64,000 nucleotides of DNA, from the NCBI GenBank assembly GCA_002269645.1, contig NIVC01000399.1, forward strand, positions 124,001 through 188,000, written 5' to 3'. Position numbers and translations under genes: made by a program. The notes under the pieces were generated by a model that had not been told where the DNA came from, did not search any database, and worked only from the letters and a program-made list of their open reading frames with translations. Each line of letters opens with the position of its first letter. Position 1 is the first letter of the stretch. The stretch is from Macrostomum lignano (taxonomy: Eukaryota). Shown here in pieces: positions 12,715 to 27,236 of the stretch.

Positions 12715-13483
12715 GGGGGCGCTATGAGGAAACCCAGAGCCAAAGGCATTTAGAGCAGTTTGACAATAATTGCTTTAAATAAATGCAGATTTTTTCGCTT
12801 TCGCAGATCTATTCGCTCTCTGAATATCGCGATTCTCGAACTCGGTTAAACCGCCGCTCCTCCAACCCACTCCCAATGGGGCCCGTCAGCCGACAACGGA
12901 ATAAATTAGCTGGCTAAATGGTTTTAATACGACGCCAAGGCAGCCTCCCAAAAACGAGTTGTAGCGGCTCAGGCTGAGCAAACAGCCGAGAATGATCTGG
13001 GACCCAGCCATGGGTCATCAGAGGCCAATCTTCCTCTAAAGCTTGGCTTGGCATTCCCCAAGCTCCAATTGAGCTGCTGCTCAAAAAAGACTCGAGATTA
13101 CGCCCCCCTCCTCCTCCTTCTCCTCCCAATTTCTGGGAAATTTCCCTGATAAGAATTTATGGCTCGGGGACGGGTGTCTACGTCGTCCTTATCTCCCCGC
13201 CATGGAGTCGGTGCGCATTTTTTCTGCTCGCAACGTAAATTGCAAAAGCGTCGTAACTCGGACGCTGTGTTTCTTTCCACAGCGACCGACTGGCCGTTTT
13301 GCTGTGATAAGCAGACGGATGGAATTAATTACAGGACTCGACTGTGTTATCTGACTTGGCGGATGATTTTGTTTGAATTCTTTGAAATTATGCTAAACGA
13401 AGAACTGTGTCCGCTAAGGGTCTGATTATTGCGCCCAGAGGTCCGGGGTTCGACTCCGAGGGCTGTTGTCACGCGGATCCGCG

Positions 13484-13793
13484 TATTAATAACACTAATT
13501 GATACCACCTACCCTAATTGGGCCAGATGGGCAACCGACAGCTCAGCCGCAGCTATTGCGCGTCGCATCTGAAGGCTGCGTACGGCTGTTCAGTCCAAGG
13601 ACTGGGGGGGGGGGGAATCACCACACACACAGCCTCAACTACCCCAGCTAATGCTGGCACCCATTTTACAGCTGGGTGAACTGAAGCAATGCAGAGTTAG
13701 GCGTCTTGCTAAAGGACACAAATTGTTCCGAGTAGGTCGGGAATCGAACCCCCGACTTTTCAGCCGTGAGTCCGACGCTCTGACCACTAGGCT
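13484..13793 (-). mobile_element. tRNA-derived SINE family A, copy 2
   Basis: Reverse complement gcctagtggtcagagcgtcggactcacg..ggttcgattcccg..tgtgtcctttagcaagacgcctaac..cttcagttcacccagctgtaaaatgggtgc..ccttcagatgcgac..gctgtcggttgc aligns along its length with 4031-4303. Confidence 0.85.
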
Positions 13794-14308
13794 TCAACTC
13801 CCTGCAGAGTCTAAAGCATAAAACTATGCTTGATAATATTGCCTACGATACATATCGGCTGTCGAGACTTTCTCCTCTGCATCTCTGATAGAGAACAAGC
13901 GTCAAGCCACCCTCCCTCAGGCCAAAGCAACGGGTTGCGTCATCAGAAACTGTTCTCTAGAAACTGCTTCATTTGCGGCGATCGTGTCGATTCTTATCGG
14001 GAAAAAACGAAAATGGAAATTGAGTAGAGAGAACGGAGCAGGAGAGAGAGCGCGAACTGGGGACCTCGCGGCTCGTGGTGTTTTAACCTATATGGGGAAC
14101 GTGGAACCCGGCAGCGAAATCACGCAATGAGAGAGAGATGAAGAAGTGGATTATTCCCGGTGGTCTCCGCGGTGCTGATTGATTGCTCACTTCCCTCTAC
14201 CAAGGAAACCAAATGCCAGCTTAGCATATACGGAAGATGAATATATAAGGGAGAATTATCCCCAAGTTCATTGACTGAAAAACGAGCGAATACTTGAAGC
14301 TTAAGCAG

Positions 14309-14381
<73 letters not shown>

Positions 14382-14409
14382 ATATATTTATATATATATC
14401 TATCTATCT
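14309..14409. repeat. (CTAT)n microsatellite
   Basis: ctat run with a short ta-rich interruption. Confidence 0.97.
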
Positions 14410-14967
14410 GTGTGTCTGTCTAAGCTACATAAACTAACTAGTTATGAGCATCTGTTTGCCACAGTTGTTCTAAAAACAGCAAAGGATTCTGAATAATAGG
14501 AGGCAGAGGAGGAGCCAGAAGGGAGTCGCAATTTCCGGTGACAAAGATGAAAGACTATCGCAGCTTCAAAGGGCTGAAGGAATCCAATTCTGGCTAGCTC
14601 GTTATTTATTAATCTTTCAGAGCCCAAACAGAGGCTCAAAAATGAAAGAAGCGACTTGCAAGAAGAGTCGTCTTTGAGTTTGCTTGGCCGGAATGTCAGG
14701 CCTCCTTTGTGTATCGGAGTCTTTTCGCCTCATCCGCAGTGACCTGCCTCATCAGTACGGCATGTCTGAGAGTTGGGGTCGGCTGATTGCAAAGGTGAAT
14801 CGACATGTTTGAGAAGGCAGTTAGGATTAACAAGGACTATCTGAATTGATATCCGGTATGAAAAAAGTTTTGGAAAGCTAAATTATTTTTTAGTCGACTC
14901 AATTCTGCTCAATTTTCAGGCCTGCTGGGTCAGTCAGGCGACCTCCTCTAGCAAATAGCCCTGTGTA

Positions 14968-14994
14968 TGACGTCATTACGCTCCTATGACGTCA
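14968..14994. promoter_or_regulatory. Tandem pair of perfect CRE palindromes (TGACGTCA x2)
   Basis: TGACGTCA at 14968-14975 and 14987-14994; sequence match only. Confidence 0.4.
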
Positions 14995-15274
14995 CAAAGA
15001 CATGGAAGTTTGTGGGTTCCTCTAATGAAGATAAGTAGCGACACTCGAGTATCCTATTTGTACCAGGTACATGCAGTGCGCCAGCAATGGTATCCATTAC
15101 AAATATGGAAATCCATTAGTTGATCTGTGAATCTATCAATTTATCAAGTTCGTGTTAGTTAAATCAGGGCGCCCTTTAAGCGAAATTGTCGCACAACCGG
15201 AGAGAGGCATTACTGCCCATTCCGCCGACTCCCCTGAGCAGGCACACAAGCGCGCGGATACGTACGCAGTCATA

Positions 15275-15506
15275 CGCACAGGCACACACTCACACAGGAG
15301 TGTACAGCGGCCCTCACTTTATTTATCGTTAGGCATGTACACTTCACTGCGCCTTGGGGGGTCGGTCCTCAATGACGTTAATTGCACGAGCAGAGCCAAG
15401 CTGAGATTTCAATTTAGCTCCAAGTAAATGATACTGCATTTGGAATCGAGCCTGGGCTGCTGGGACATCAGAGGGCCGCGCCAGACCACTGGGCTACGGC
15501 CCAACC
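15275..15506 (-). mobile_element. tRNA-derived SINE family B, copy 1
   Basis: Minus strand has A box TAGCCCAGTGG and B box GGCTCGATTCC. The ~230-bp body is clearly homologous to 63039-63272 and ends in a TG-rich tail. Confidence 0.75.
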
Positions 15507-16394
15507 TATCAATGCATGAATAAACTATTCTATCAATATATCAACCCTATCAACCAAACAAAAGTCATTAACAGATTAATAAAACTGCAGTTGCAGCAAA
15601 AAGATGAGTCGGTCGGTCGGTCGGTCCGTCAGGACTTGACTCCACTGATATGATCAGGTCACAACTGAGAGACCAATCTTGGAGACCAAGGCAACCATAA
15701 CGAGAGCTGGGCAAACAAGCGGCTTGTCTCAAAAAAAGCCACTCAAAGTTGGCCAAGCCAGCCTCCTCTCTCTTTTTCGAGTTGCTATGCGCTCGGAGGC
15801 GGCTCAGCAACCTGAGCCGAGTTTTGCCTACTCTCATATTTCTACAGCCTCGTTAATCCCTCACCCCTCAACTCTGCTTAAAGCTCGGTCACTTTTCTCC
15901 CCAACCAATTTAGGCCAGGTCTCATGGATGCCTGTCAAAAATCCCTCCCCCCCCCCCTCGAAAGGAACTTTGGCCTAGCAACCAACTACCCAAAGCGGTT
16001 ATTCGGATCCATCATTGAGCTGGTTTTACGGATAGCCAGCCCCGACCACTTCTGTTCCTCTCTCTGTCGTCTCAGTCTCAGCAGCCTTGAGATTCTGCCA
16101 GCCTGTCTGCTTTAAGAATTTCTTCAAGATTGGGCAGCCCCTGTTGCTCAGGCTCTCAGCTCCTCCCAGTTCGGCTTCTCAGAAATTAATGAATTGAATT
16201 TTGGCCAATGAGGGAGGGCACTTGAGCACGTTCTTGTTTTACTTTTCTTTGCATGAATTTTAGTCCAGCTCTCCGCAAACTGAACACCTGGTCGGTCCTT
16301 TATTCCCGAGCCGCGACTTTGATCCCGAAATTTGATGCATTTTAGTGAAAGTTTCTAAAACCTAATTCCCGATAACAATCCTTGTCCATTGCTC

Positions 16395-16900
16395 AATCCC
16401 ATAATTGATCCCAAATCCCACTTTTTATCCCCAATCCCATAATTTATCCCAAATCCATAATCGATACCAAATTCCATAATTGATCCCAAATCACATAATT
16501 GATCTCAAATCCCATAACTGATCCCAATCTCATAATTGATCCCAAATCCCATAATTGATCCTAAATCCCATAATTGATCCCAAATCCCATAATTGATCCC
16601 AAATCCCATAATTGATCCTAAATCCCATAATTGATCCCAAATCCCATAATTGATCCCAATCCCATAATCGATACCAAATCCCATAATTGAGCCCAAATCC
16701 CATAATTGATCCCAAATCCCATAATTGATCCCAATCCCATAATTGATACCGAATACCATAACTGATCCCAAATCTCATAATTTATCTCAAATCCCATAAT
16801 TGATCTCAAATCCAATAATTGATCATAAAATCCTATAATTGGTCATAAATCCCATATTTGACCATAAATCTCGTAATTGACCCCCAATCCCATAATTGAT
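16395..16900. repeat. ~19-bp minisatellite
   Basis: ccataattgatcccaaatc. Confidence 0.96.
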
Positions 16901-17642
16901 CTTACCCCAGTTTTCTAATAATAGAAAGCAGACTCAAAAAACGATGTTTATTGTCAAAGGAAATGCTTACTGAGGCCTGTGTGTCTGGCAGGCACCTATG
17001 GGACTGGAATCGCGACAATCCCCATCTAAAATCATGCATCATTCTCCGCACTTGAGAATCGGGACAAGGCAACACTGCGGCTGGCACCAAGCCCTCCCCA
17101 TTCCACACTAATTCTGTTGCTGTGGGGACTTCTGACACAACTTCCATCGGCTGGCCAGAGCTGAACTCTACCTACCACCCATAACGGGGCCTAATACCAA
17201 TTAAACTGACGTCAAAGTCCATCCCCCCTCCACTATGCGATCCTTTCAACGATTCCGCCATCCCAGAAATAATATCCTGCCGCAGCGGTTGTCAGCGGGT
17301 TGTCAAACTTCCACACTGGCTGAATACGCGACTGCAGTTGGTTGGCTGGGTGCACCATGAAAATGCCAGGGGGAGCCACACAGCCTCCATGCTATCGGCC
17401 TCTTCTCTCCTCATGTGCAGCCAGCAACCAGCATTGCTTGCAAACTGCTGCTACTGCAGCAGTCCGCACTGAAGTTCAGCGATTTGAGGACAGTGAGGGG
17501 GAGGCTGTGGCTTCCCCACTCCTTCATCATGCACTTCATCATTGTAAAAAACCTTTTGATAGGAATCTACGGGCGTGTATATAAAAAAGAATTTTCGATT
17601 GTTTAAACGTTGACTGTCGGACAAGCTACGCAAATACTGTGC

Positions 17643-17909
<267 letters not shown>

Positions 17910-18148
17910 GTTTAATAAATATCTATGTTTTCTCGGTAGTTGCACGTACTCTTTTGCACTACTTGAGTAGTCTGATTTTCGTTCGGCATGGCTGGTTCCA
18001 GCAGGTAGTTCCTCTGGATAAAAGCGCTTACCGCGCCCATTGGCTTTCCAGCTGCCTTAATCGTTTCCGGTGATCTTGTGTGCGTGCTTTCAGCTTGATT
18101 GGCTGCGGCAAGCAAGCTCGAAAGAGCTCGCTTCGCTCGCTCTTTCTC

Positions 18149-18149
18149 G

Positions 18150-18195
<46 letters not shown>

Positions 18196-18196
18196 G

Positions 18197-18282
<86 letters not shown>

Positions 18283-18310
18283 CATCTACCTATCTATCTA
18301 TCCATCTATC
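18149..18310. repeat. (CTAT)n microsatellite
   Basis: ctat run with few variants. Confidence 0.98.
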
Positions 18311-19554
18311 GTATTACTACTTGTATAGCCAGGTAAAATTAGATATAACAGTCCTACTATATAACCAACCAAGTCATTACATTTCTATTATACAGCGTGT
18401 TAAAAACTGCACGAAGGCTACAACGACAGTCTGCTTATTAATTAATCCCTCATTGCAACAAAGCTCAGGTGTGGGGCAAAGACTTGCCTCCGTTAAAACC
18501 TTCGAGTCCGCAGGCAGAGGAGAGCGCGGGTGGCAGCGCCACAGATTACAGGCTAGGAAGGCTGAGCCTCAGACAAAGCTGTCCCATTCCCATATGGGAT
18601 TTCTATAAAGCTCGCCAAACTAAATTATCCCCCATTTCGGTCACGACTGCCAAATTTTATTCGCCGACAAACGGAATGAAAAACTAGAGAAGCAGCGGCC
18701 TTGAAAACATCAGATGGAGAAGGAGGAGCGGCCCCTCTGCCCGGGCGATCAAAGAACAAAGTCATACGCAGACAGAGGGCCCCCACGAAAGGCCCTACAC
18801 GAGCTCTCCACTGTCTACGGTGGCTCAAGTTTCAAGGGCGGCCCGTTGAGTAAAATTCGGCAGAAATACCCGATCCCTTTTTTTCTTTCTAGTATATAAG
18901 ATAGACATTCGCATGAATTTGCTCTCGCCACAGCTTAAATCTATCAAGCCGCCCACGGTTACGTCATCATTGGGGGTAGGTGGGACTCCAGCCTCCCTCG
19001 GATATAATTATCCCAGTGGCTAGCTGTATTTGGCGTCTTTCATCTCCCCCCTGTTTTCGCCCCTTTCACTCTCCAGTCAACCGTAAAGAAGCATTCTTCT
19101 ACTGAGGGTAAAGCACTGTTGAAATTCTCCCTTGATGAGTAGCCAAGGGCAGTTGAATCCCCCCGTCAGTTCTTGAAGCTAATAGAACCTGATAGGAGAG
19201 TTGGACAGGATTTGCAAAAATATTCTTGACTCAATGTACTCGAGTCTCCACTGATAGCCTATTATATAGCAATACTAATTTTTATTTCAACTTTAATTAA
19301 CCTTATTAATTAGTGATGACGTCATCAAGAGATCGCAACAACTTAGCGACTATTAGTATCATAAATTTCGTCATCTAAAAAGCAACATACATTTTAATTA
19401 AACTCACCTTTTGCCGTGTCGGCGAGGGAAAATGTGCAAACAGGGCTGAATCAAAGGCGAAGTGTCTTCTGGTGCCTGTGGGGGTGAGAAATTGATATGA
19501 CAACTTATGTACCTCATAGAATCCTGAGTGAGGTGGTGGTATATTAAACAAAAA

Positions 19555-20880
19555 ATAGCACCCTAATAGCACCCTAATAGCACTGGAATTAGCGCCTTAA
19601 AATAGCACTGGAATTAGCACCCTTAATAGCACTGGAATTAGCACCCTAATAGCACTAACATTAGCACTCTAATAGCACTGGAATTAGCACCCTAATAGCA
19701 CCTTAATAGCACTGGAATTAGCGCTTTAAAATAGCACTGGAATTAGCACCCTAATAGCACCCTAATAGCACAGGAACTAGCGCCTTAAAATAGCACTGGA
19801 ATTAGCACCCTTAATAGCACTGGAATTAGCACCCTAATAGCACTAACATTAGCACTCTAATAGCACTGGAATTAGCACCCTAATAGCACTGTAGTTAGCA
19901 CCCTAATAGCACTGACATTAGCACCCTAATAGCACTAACATTAGCACTCTAATAGTACTGGAATTAGCACCCTAATAGCACTGGAATTAGCACTCTAATA
20001 GCACTGGAATTAGCACCCTAATCGCACTGTAGTTAGCACCCTAATAGCACTGACATTAGCGCTCTAATAGCACTGTAGTTAGCACCCTAATAACACTGTA
20101 GTTAGCACCCTAATAGCACTGAAATTAGCGCTCTAATAGCACTGTAGTTAGCACCCTAATAGCACTGACATTAGCACCTTAATAGCACTGGAATTAGCGC
20201 CTTAAAATAGCACTGGAATTAGCACCCTAATAGCACCCTAATAGCACTGGAATTAGCGCCTTAAAATAGCACTGGAATTAGCACCCTTAATAGCACTGGA
20301 ATTAGCACCCTAATATCACTAACATTAGCACTCTAATAGCACTGTAATTAGCACCCTAATAGCACTGTAGTTAGCACCATAATAGCACTGTAGTTAGCAC
20401 TCTACATGTAATAGCACTGGAATTAGCGCCACAATAGCACTGTAGTTAGCACTCTAATAGCACTGGAATTAGCGCCACAATAGCACTGTAGTTAGCACCC
20501 TAGTAGCACTGTAGTTAGCACTCTAATAGCACTGGGATTAGCACCCTAATAGCACTGTAGTTAGCACCCTAATAGCACTGACATTAGCGCTCTAATAGCA
20601 CTGTAGTTAGCACCCTAATAGCACTGACATTAGCACCCTAATAGCACTAACATTAGCACCCTAATAGCACTGTAGTTAGCACCCTAATAGCACTGGAATT
20701 AGCACCCTAATAGCACTGGAATTAGCACCCTAATAGCACTGTAGTTAGCACCCTAATAGCACTGTAATTAGCACCCTAATAGCACTGGTATTAGCACCAT
20801 ATAATAGCACTGGAATTAGCACCCTAATAGCACTGTAGTTAGCACCATAATAGCACTGGTATTAGCGCCACAATAGCACT
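19555..20880. repeat. ~23-bp minisatellite with higher-order structure
   Basis: aatagcactggaattagcaccct / aatagcactgtagttagcaccct; contains ATTAG-CACC-CTAAT hairpin. Confidence 0.97.
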
Positions 20881-21685
20881 TGTAATTTTCATCAAGAATG
20901 AGGGAAAATAGCCACACTAAAAGAAATAGCTCTTTCTTTTCAAAAAATAGCATTCCAAATAAAGCCGGAGGGAAACTCCAAGAATGAACTACAATAAAAG
21001 GTTTCTAATCCTTTACTCCTAAAGCCATTCTTTTTAACCAAGCATGGAATAGATGCCATTCCTATGACTAAGATTGCGCTTAACACTACTGTTTATGCCA
21101 TTCTTAGGGCTTGACTTCGCGGACTAAATTTGTTATATATGCGGTGACCAAGATCGCTGTTGCTAGCATCTGGAGTCTGGACTGGGACAGTCTGGCAAGT
21201 AAGAAGATAACTGCTTCTAAAAGAAGCAAAAAAGCACAATCATGTTCCGACTCCGATAAGAAAAGAAGTTTTATTTACTTTTTTGTTGCACTGGAATTTA
21301 TTGCAGGCCTATAATATAACGCGCACTCTGATACCAGTAACTCCACAGCACTGAGACACCATGCATATACTGATATGCATGCAGAGTAGTGGTGCATGCT
21401 ACAGCTTGTAAAAAATCAATAATTCTTCTGCAACCTTGCAGTTGCAAAGGCGGGTTCTCAGTTCTCATTTGTAAAGACCCTGACCTGGAGGGTGCGCGGA
21501 CATTAAAGGAGTACCAGAATCTTTGAACATACTGGGGTCTGGAGATTTCAATTTTTTAGGTTGTATTTGTTTTAGCGCCTTGAATTGCCTTCAAATAGGG
21601 TTTGCAATCTCTTAGCCCCAAATTTCCTCTCAAATCTCTCTCTTCTGCTATCTCTATTCTCTAATCTAACATTTGTATACTCTCC

Positions 21686-22045
21686 TCTCGTTTCTATTCT
21701 CTTCCTCTACTCTACCCTCTACTCTCGCATCTCTATCCTCTACTCTCGCATCTCTATCCTCTGCTCTCGCATCTCTATCCTCTGCTCTCGCATCTCTATC
21801 CTCTACTATCGCATCTCTATCCTCTGCTCTCGCATCTCTATCCTCTACTATCGCATCTCTATCCTCTGCTCTCGCATCTCTATCCTCTACTCTCGCATCT
21901 CTATCCTCTGCTCTCGCATCTCTATCCTCTACTCTCGCATCTCTATCCTCTGCTCTCGCATCTCTATCCTCTACTCTCGCATCTCTATCCTTTACTCTCG
22001 CATCTCTATCCTCTACTATCGCATCTCTATCCTCTGCTCTCTCAT
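21686..22045. repeat. 21-bp pyrimidine-rich minisatellite
   Basis: ctctcgcatctctatcctcta/tg. Confidence 0.96.
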
Positions 22046-22928
22046 CTTCGTATCTCTATCTCCTCTAGGATTTAGGTTTTCTCCCTCTAGGTCAGTCTGT
22101 CTCTCATGGTATCTTGCAAAAGAAACATTCTGTGCTTTTCTGACTGTACTCAACAAATAAGTAATAACTGACTGACCAAAACTTCTCTAAGTTCTTTTTA
22201 TTTCGTGCCTTCTCCCCTCTCCCCTCTCCCTCTAACGCCCCCCCCCAGATCTCACCCTCATATCCCCACGATATGGGAAGTTTGCTAAAGAATTTCTGCT
22301 GGTAGGTCAGTCAGGTTAGTAAAGTTATGAGACGGTAGGGTGAAGTCATGGAATACCAATGCTAGTTGGATAGAACAACTTGCTTGACTCATTTCTGTTA
22401 GGGATTTTTTAAATCAAATCCAGACACTAATTAGAGAGAGTCGCTTAGTAGTCCATGGTTGAGTTGAATTTGAATTGGAGACTCACTTAGCTTGCTTGCA
22501 ATGGGGTTCTGTGTGCAGCTTTGTAATGTATATGTGTGCAGTAAGTCTTAGAAACTAAATGTGGCTCTCTGGAATTTCACATATAATACCGTATTTTCGA
22601 TACAGATACAATGCCAAACAATTGGTAGTTTGGGGATCATTATGGAGAATGGATTATCAGTGTGTTGGGGTGGGGGTTGTATACACCATTCAGCCACTTG
22701 GCTGCCCCGGAGCTATGGATCAAGAATGGCTTCGGGAGAGTCAAAAGGAACAAGTTGAGTAAGTGTGAGTAAGGTGGGCTGATAGCGCTGGACTCAGTGA
22801 GCTCAAACAAGGAAGAGAGATTGGCTCGCAACACAACGGCTCTTAAGACACTGGGAATTAACTACTGCCGTTGTGGCTCTTCTGTAGCGAGCTGGGCAGC
22901 GAGTGGCACTCAGTGTGGGAGTGGGGAG

Positions 22929-23595
<667 letters not shown>

Positions 23596-24282
23596 ATAGA
23601 ACACAGAATATAATTAGCACACCTAAGCTGGTTGGCATGGTAGGAAACCTTTGAATAGCTGCTAATAGATTAAATTGTAGGTTATTACCTACTGAAGCCG
23701 TGAGTAAGAGCTGAGCGAAGCCAAACGAGAGAGACTATCGCAGTGAGCAGTTTCTAGCCCAAGATACAATGAGTGAACAGCCTGAGACGATTCTCAGCAA
23801 ACAGAATTGGAATCAGCCAGCGGCTACATTACTTGCCTGTCAGCCATCGCAGAGTGCTCATCAGAGTGCTCATCAGAGTGCTCATCAGAGTGCTCATCAG
23901 AGTGCCGTCCTAATACGCAAGCCGGCATTTTGTCTTACTGAAGGTTCAACGATTTTAGCAGGGGAGTTAGTTATCCCCTCAAGCCACTCACCTCCTTTTC
24001 GGGAGAGATTTGCCCTGAGTTTGCAGATGTTTGCCGTGCTTAAATATTGAATGAGTTGAGGAAATCCGTATTCTGTAACCACATGGTCGCCGCGGGTTTC
24101 GTGCATGCGCGCGTATTAAAAAGGGAAGCCTTCGTGTACAAGCGGTACTGTGTGTCAGTCGCGTTCTCAACCAGCCCGCTCAACTTAATTATCAATTATG
24201 GAAGCTCAAGCTGGGCGCTACTGGGAGTTACTGAGGCCTTGATAAGTAATAGCATGAGCTGCCCCACTAAGATCTCACGCTC

Positions 24283-24283
24283 T

Positions 24284-24315
<32 letters not shown>

Positions 24316-24848
24316 AGATCTCTCTGCTCAGTCGCCACCTCTTCTCTCCATCTCTCTGCTCAGTCTCCACCGCTTCTCTATCTCTCTGCTCAGTCTCCAC
24401 CTCTTCTCTCCATCTCTCTGCTCAGTCTCCACCTCTTCTCTCCATCTCTCTGCTCAGTCTCCACCGCTTCTCTCCATCTTTCTGCTCAGTCTCCACCTCT
24501 TCTCTCCATCTCTCTGCTCAGTCTCCACCTCTTCTCTCCATCTCTCTGCTCAGTCTTCACCTCTTCTCTCCATCTCTCTGCTCAGTCTCCACCTCTTCTC
24601 TCCATCTCTCTGCTCAGTCTCCACCTCTTCTCTCCATCTCTCTGCTCAGTCTTCACCTCTTCTCTCCATCTCTCTGCTCAGTCTCCACCTCTTCTCTCCA
24701 TCTCTCTGCTCAGTCTCCACCTCTTCTCTCCATCTCTCTGCTCAGTCTTCACCTCTTCTCTCCATCTCTCTGCTCAGTCTCCACCTCTTCTCTCCATCTC
24801 TCTGCTCAGTCTTCACCTCTTCTCTCCATCTCTCTGCTCGATCTCCAC

Positions 24849-24935
<87 letters not shown>
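24283..24935. repeat. 32-bp CT-rich minisatellite flanked by (CT)n
   Basis: ctctctgctcagtctccacctcttctctccat. Confidence 0.97.
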
Positions 24936-24937
<2 letters not shown>

Positions 24938-25443
24938 AATACCCTAGTGTGCTTCAAGTGTCAATACGGTCGTATTCCCATACAATATCTACCGAAACAA
25001 GCCAAGCCAAACACACGTGCTCACTTAGTTACTCACTTATTGAATTAAAATCTGCAACCAGCTCGTAGTTCCAGCTTGTAGCCGCATAGCAATAAACGAT
25101 TTTGGTCTCGTCAGATTAAATCTATTGTCTTAAAAGTATTGTCTTTTTAAACTCCTATTAATCTGAGTTTAATAAACCTTAAGCCGAGCGGCAAGAACAC
25201 AGGAGGAACCTAATAAAGATAAGTTTGTCTATCTGGTTTGTGCAGGTTGAAATTCGTTCGTTTCAAAGTTTTTTATTCTCTAATATTCTCAAGCAGATTG
25301 TTGTAAATGTCTTTGCCGGTTCTGGGCCCGCTGTACTGGTCTGCTGACTTGAGCTTTATCGTAAAAAGGCTGGTCAGTCCAACCCCCCTCTGACACTGCC
25401 GCCCTCCCTTTGCCCAGGAATCACCCACCCCAACCCCAACAGG

Positions 25444-25495
25444 GCCGCCATTTTGGATCTTAGGCCTATTCTCATTGGCTGAGATTCTAGCCAAT
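25444..25495 (-). promoter_or_regulatory. Promoter-like module: YY1 consensus plus inverted CCAAT pair
   Basis: GCCGCCATTTTG at 25444-25455 and ATTGGCT-N8-AGCCAAT at 25474-25495. Confidence 0.35.
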
Positions 25496-25726
25496 AGGAA
25501 TCCGAGGAGAAGAGAGTAACGATTACTAGTAGAATGGGAACTATTGCGACTAAAATGCAGACTAGACTTTTTTGGTTATTCATTCTGGATAATTTAATTT
25601 GTCTAATTGTATTGTCCGATGACATTTATTAAGTATTCGAAAATTTAATAAAAACTCTCTCAAGTTGATAGTACACTTTCTTTGATACTGCAGCTGCTGA
25701 GTCAGTAATCCTAATCCGTCAAAATA

Positions 25727-26625
25727 TTTCAGAATCATTCAGAGTCTTTCAGAATCATCCAGAATCTTTCAGAATCATTCAGAGTCTTTCAGAATCATCC
25801 AGAATCTTTCAGAATCATCCAGAATCTTTCAGAATCTTTCAGAATCTTTCAGAATCATCCAGAATCTTTCAGAATCATCCAGAATCTTTCAGAATCATCC
25901 AGAATCTTTCAGAATCATCCAGAATCTTTCAGAATCATCCAGAATCTTTCAGAATCATCCAGAATCTTTCAGAATCTTTCAGAATCATCTAGAATCTTTC
26001 AGAATCATCCAGAATCTTTCAGAATCATCCAGAATCTTTCAGAATCATCCAGAATCTTTCAGAATCATCCAGAATCTTTCAGAATCATCCAGAATCTTTC
26101 AGAATCATCCAGAATCTTTCAGAATCATCCAGAATCTTTCAGAATCATCCAGAATCATCCAGAATCTTTCAGAATCATCCAGAATCTTTCAGAATCATCT
26201 AGAATCATCCAGAATCATCCAGAATCATCCAGAATCTTTCAGAGTCCTCCAGAATCTTTCAGAATCATCCAGAATCATCCAGAATCTTTCAGAATCATCC
26301 AGAATCTTTCAGAATCATCTAGAATCATCCAGAATCATCCAGAATCATCCAGAATCTTTCAGAATCATCCAGAATCTTTCAGAATCATCCAGAATCATCC
26401 AGAATCATCCAGAATCTTTCAGAATCATCCAGAATCTTTCAGAATCATCCAGAATCTTTCAGAATCATCCAGAATCTTTCAGAATCATCTAGAATCATCC
26501 AGAATCATCCAGAATCATCCAGAATCTTTCAGAATCATCCAGAATCTTTCAGAATCATCCAGAATCATCCAGAATCATCCAGAATCTTTCAGAGTCCTCC
26601 AGAATCTTTCAGAATCATTCAGAAG
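25727..26625. repeat. 10-bp satellite with two alternating decamers
   Basis: agaatctttc / agaatcatcc. Confidence 0.98.
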
Positions 26626-27236
26626 CTCTCAGAATTTTTTATAATATTTCGGAAATTTTTAGAAAATTTCAGAATCTGGCTGACAATTTCAGAATCCCAG
26701 AATTCAGAATCATAATGAAACCAAATCTTAGCGAAATAAAACAAAAAAAACCTAACAGACCAAAACGGATACATCAAAAGGCTATAAAATCTGCGTTAAG
26801 ATATCGTGTTGCAGAAGTTGTTGCTAGGGTTGATCATAAAAAAATCAGGAATCATACAGACAGATTTACAGCTCCCGGCTTCAGACTCGGAACCCATATT
26901 TAATATTTCATAATAATGTTTTGACACTGAAAAACTGTCTGCGTTCTCTGACTCTATACTTTGCCCCCAGGTGTCATCGCAGGCTTCCCAGGTATTCCTC
27001 TCGTGTCACACACCAGTTCAGGCAGTGGCTGGAGCTCGATACAGGAGACTCCACTCGGAGTCCGGATGTGTGTCAAGTTCGCTTTTTGTTGCTGGGCTGC
27101 TTGGGGAAGGTTAGGTAAAGCGAAATTAAATGTAGAAATTCGATCATTATGAAACCATAAAGTTGTCACACTGCAATGGCTAGAAAAAATTGACAGCTTT
27201 CCAGGATGCTATTCTTGAAGCCAGACCCCAGCTTCA

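Noticed and set aside
22603-22760. Plus-strand exon-like stretch ending in GTAAGT
   Set aside because: Peptide unrecognisable; isolated; chance splice-like motifs are frequent.
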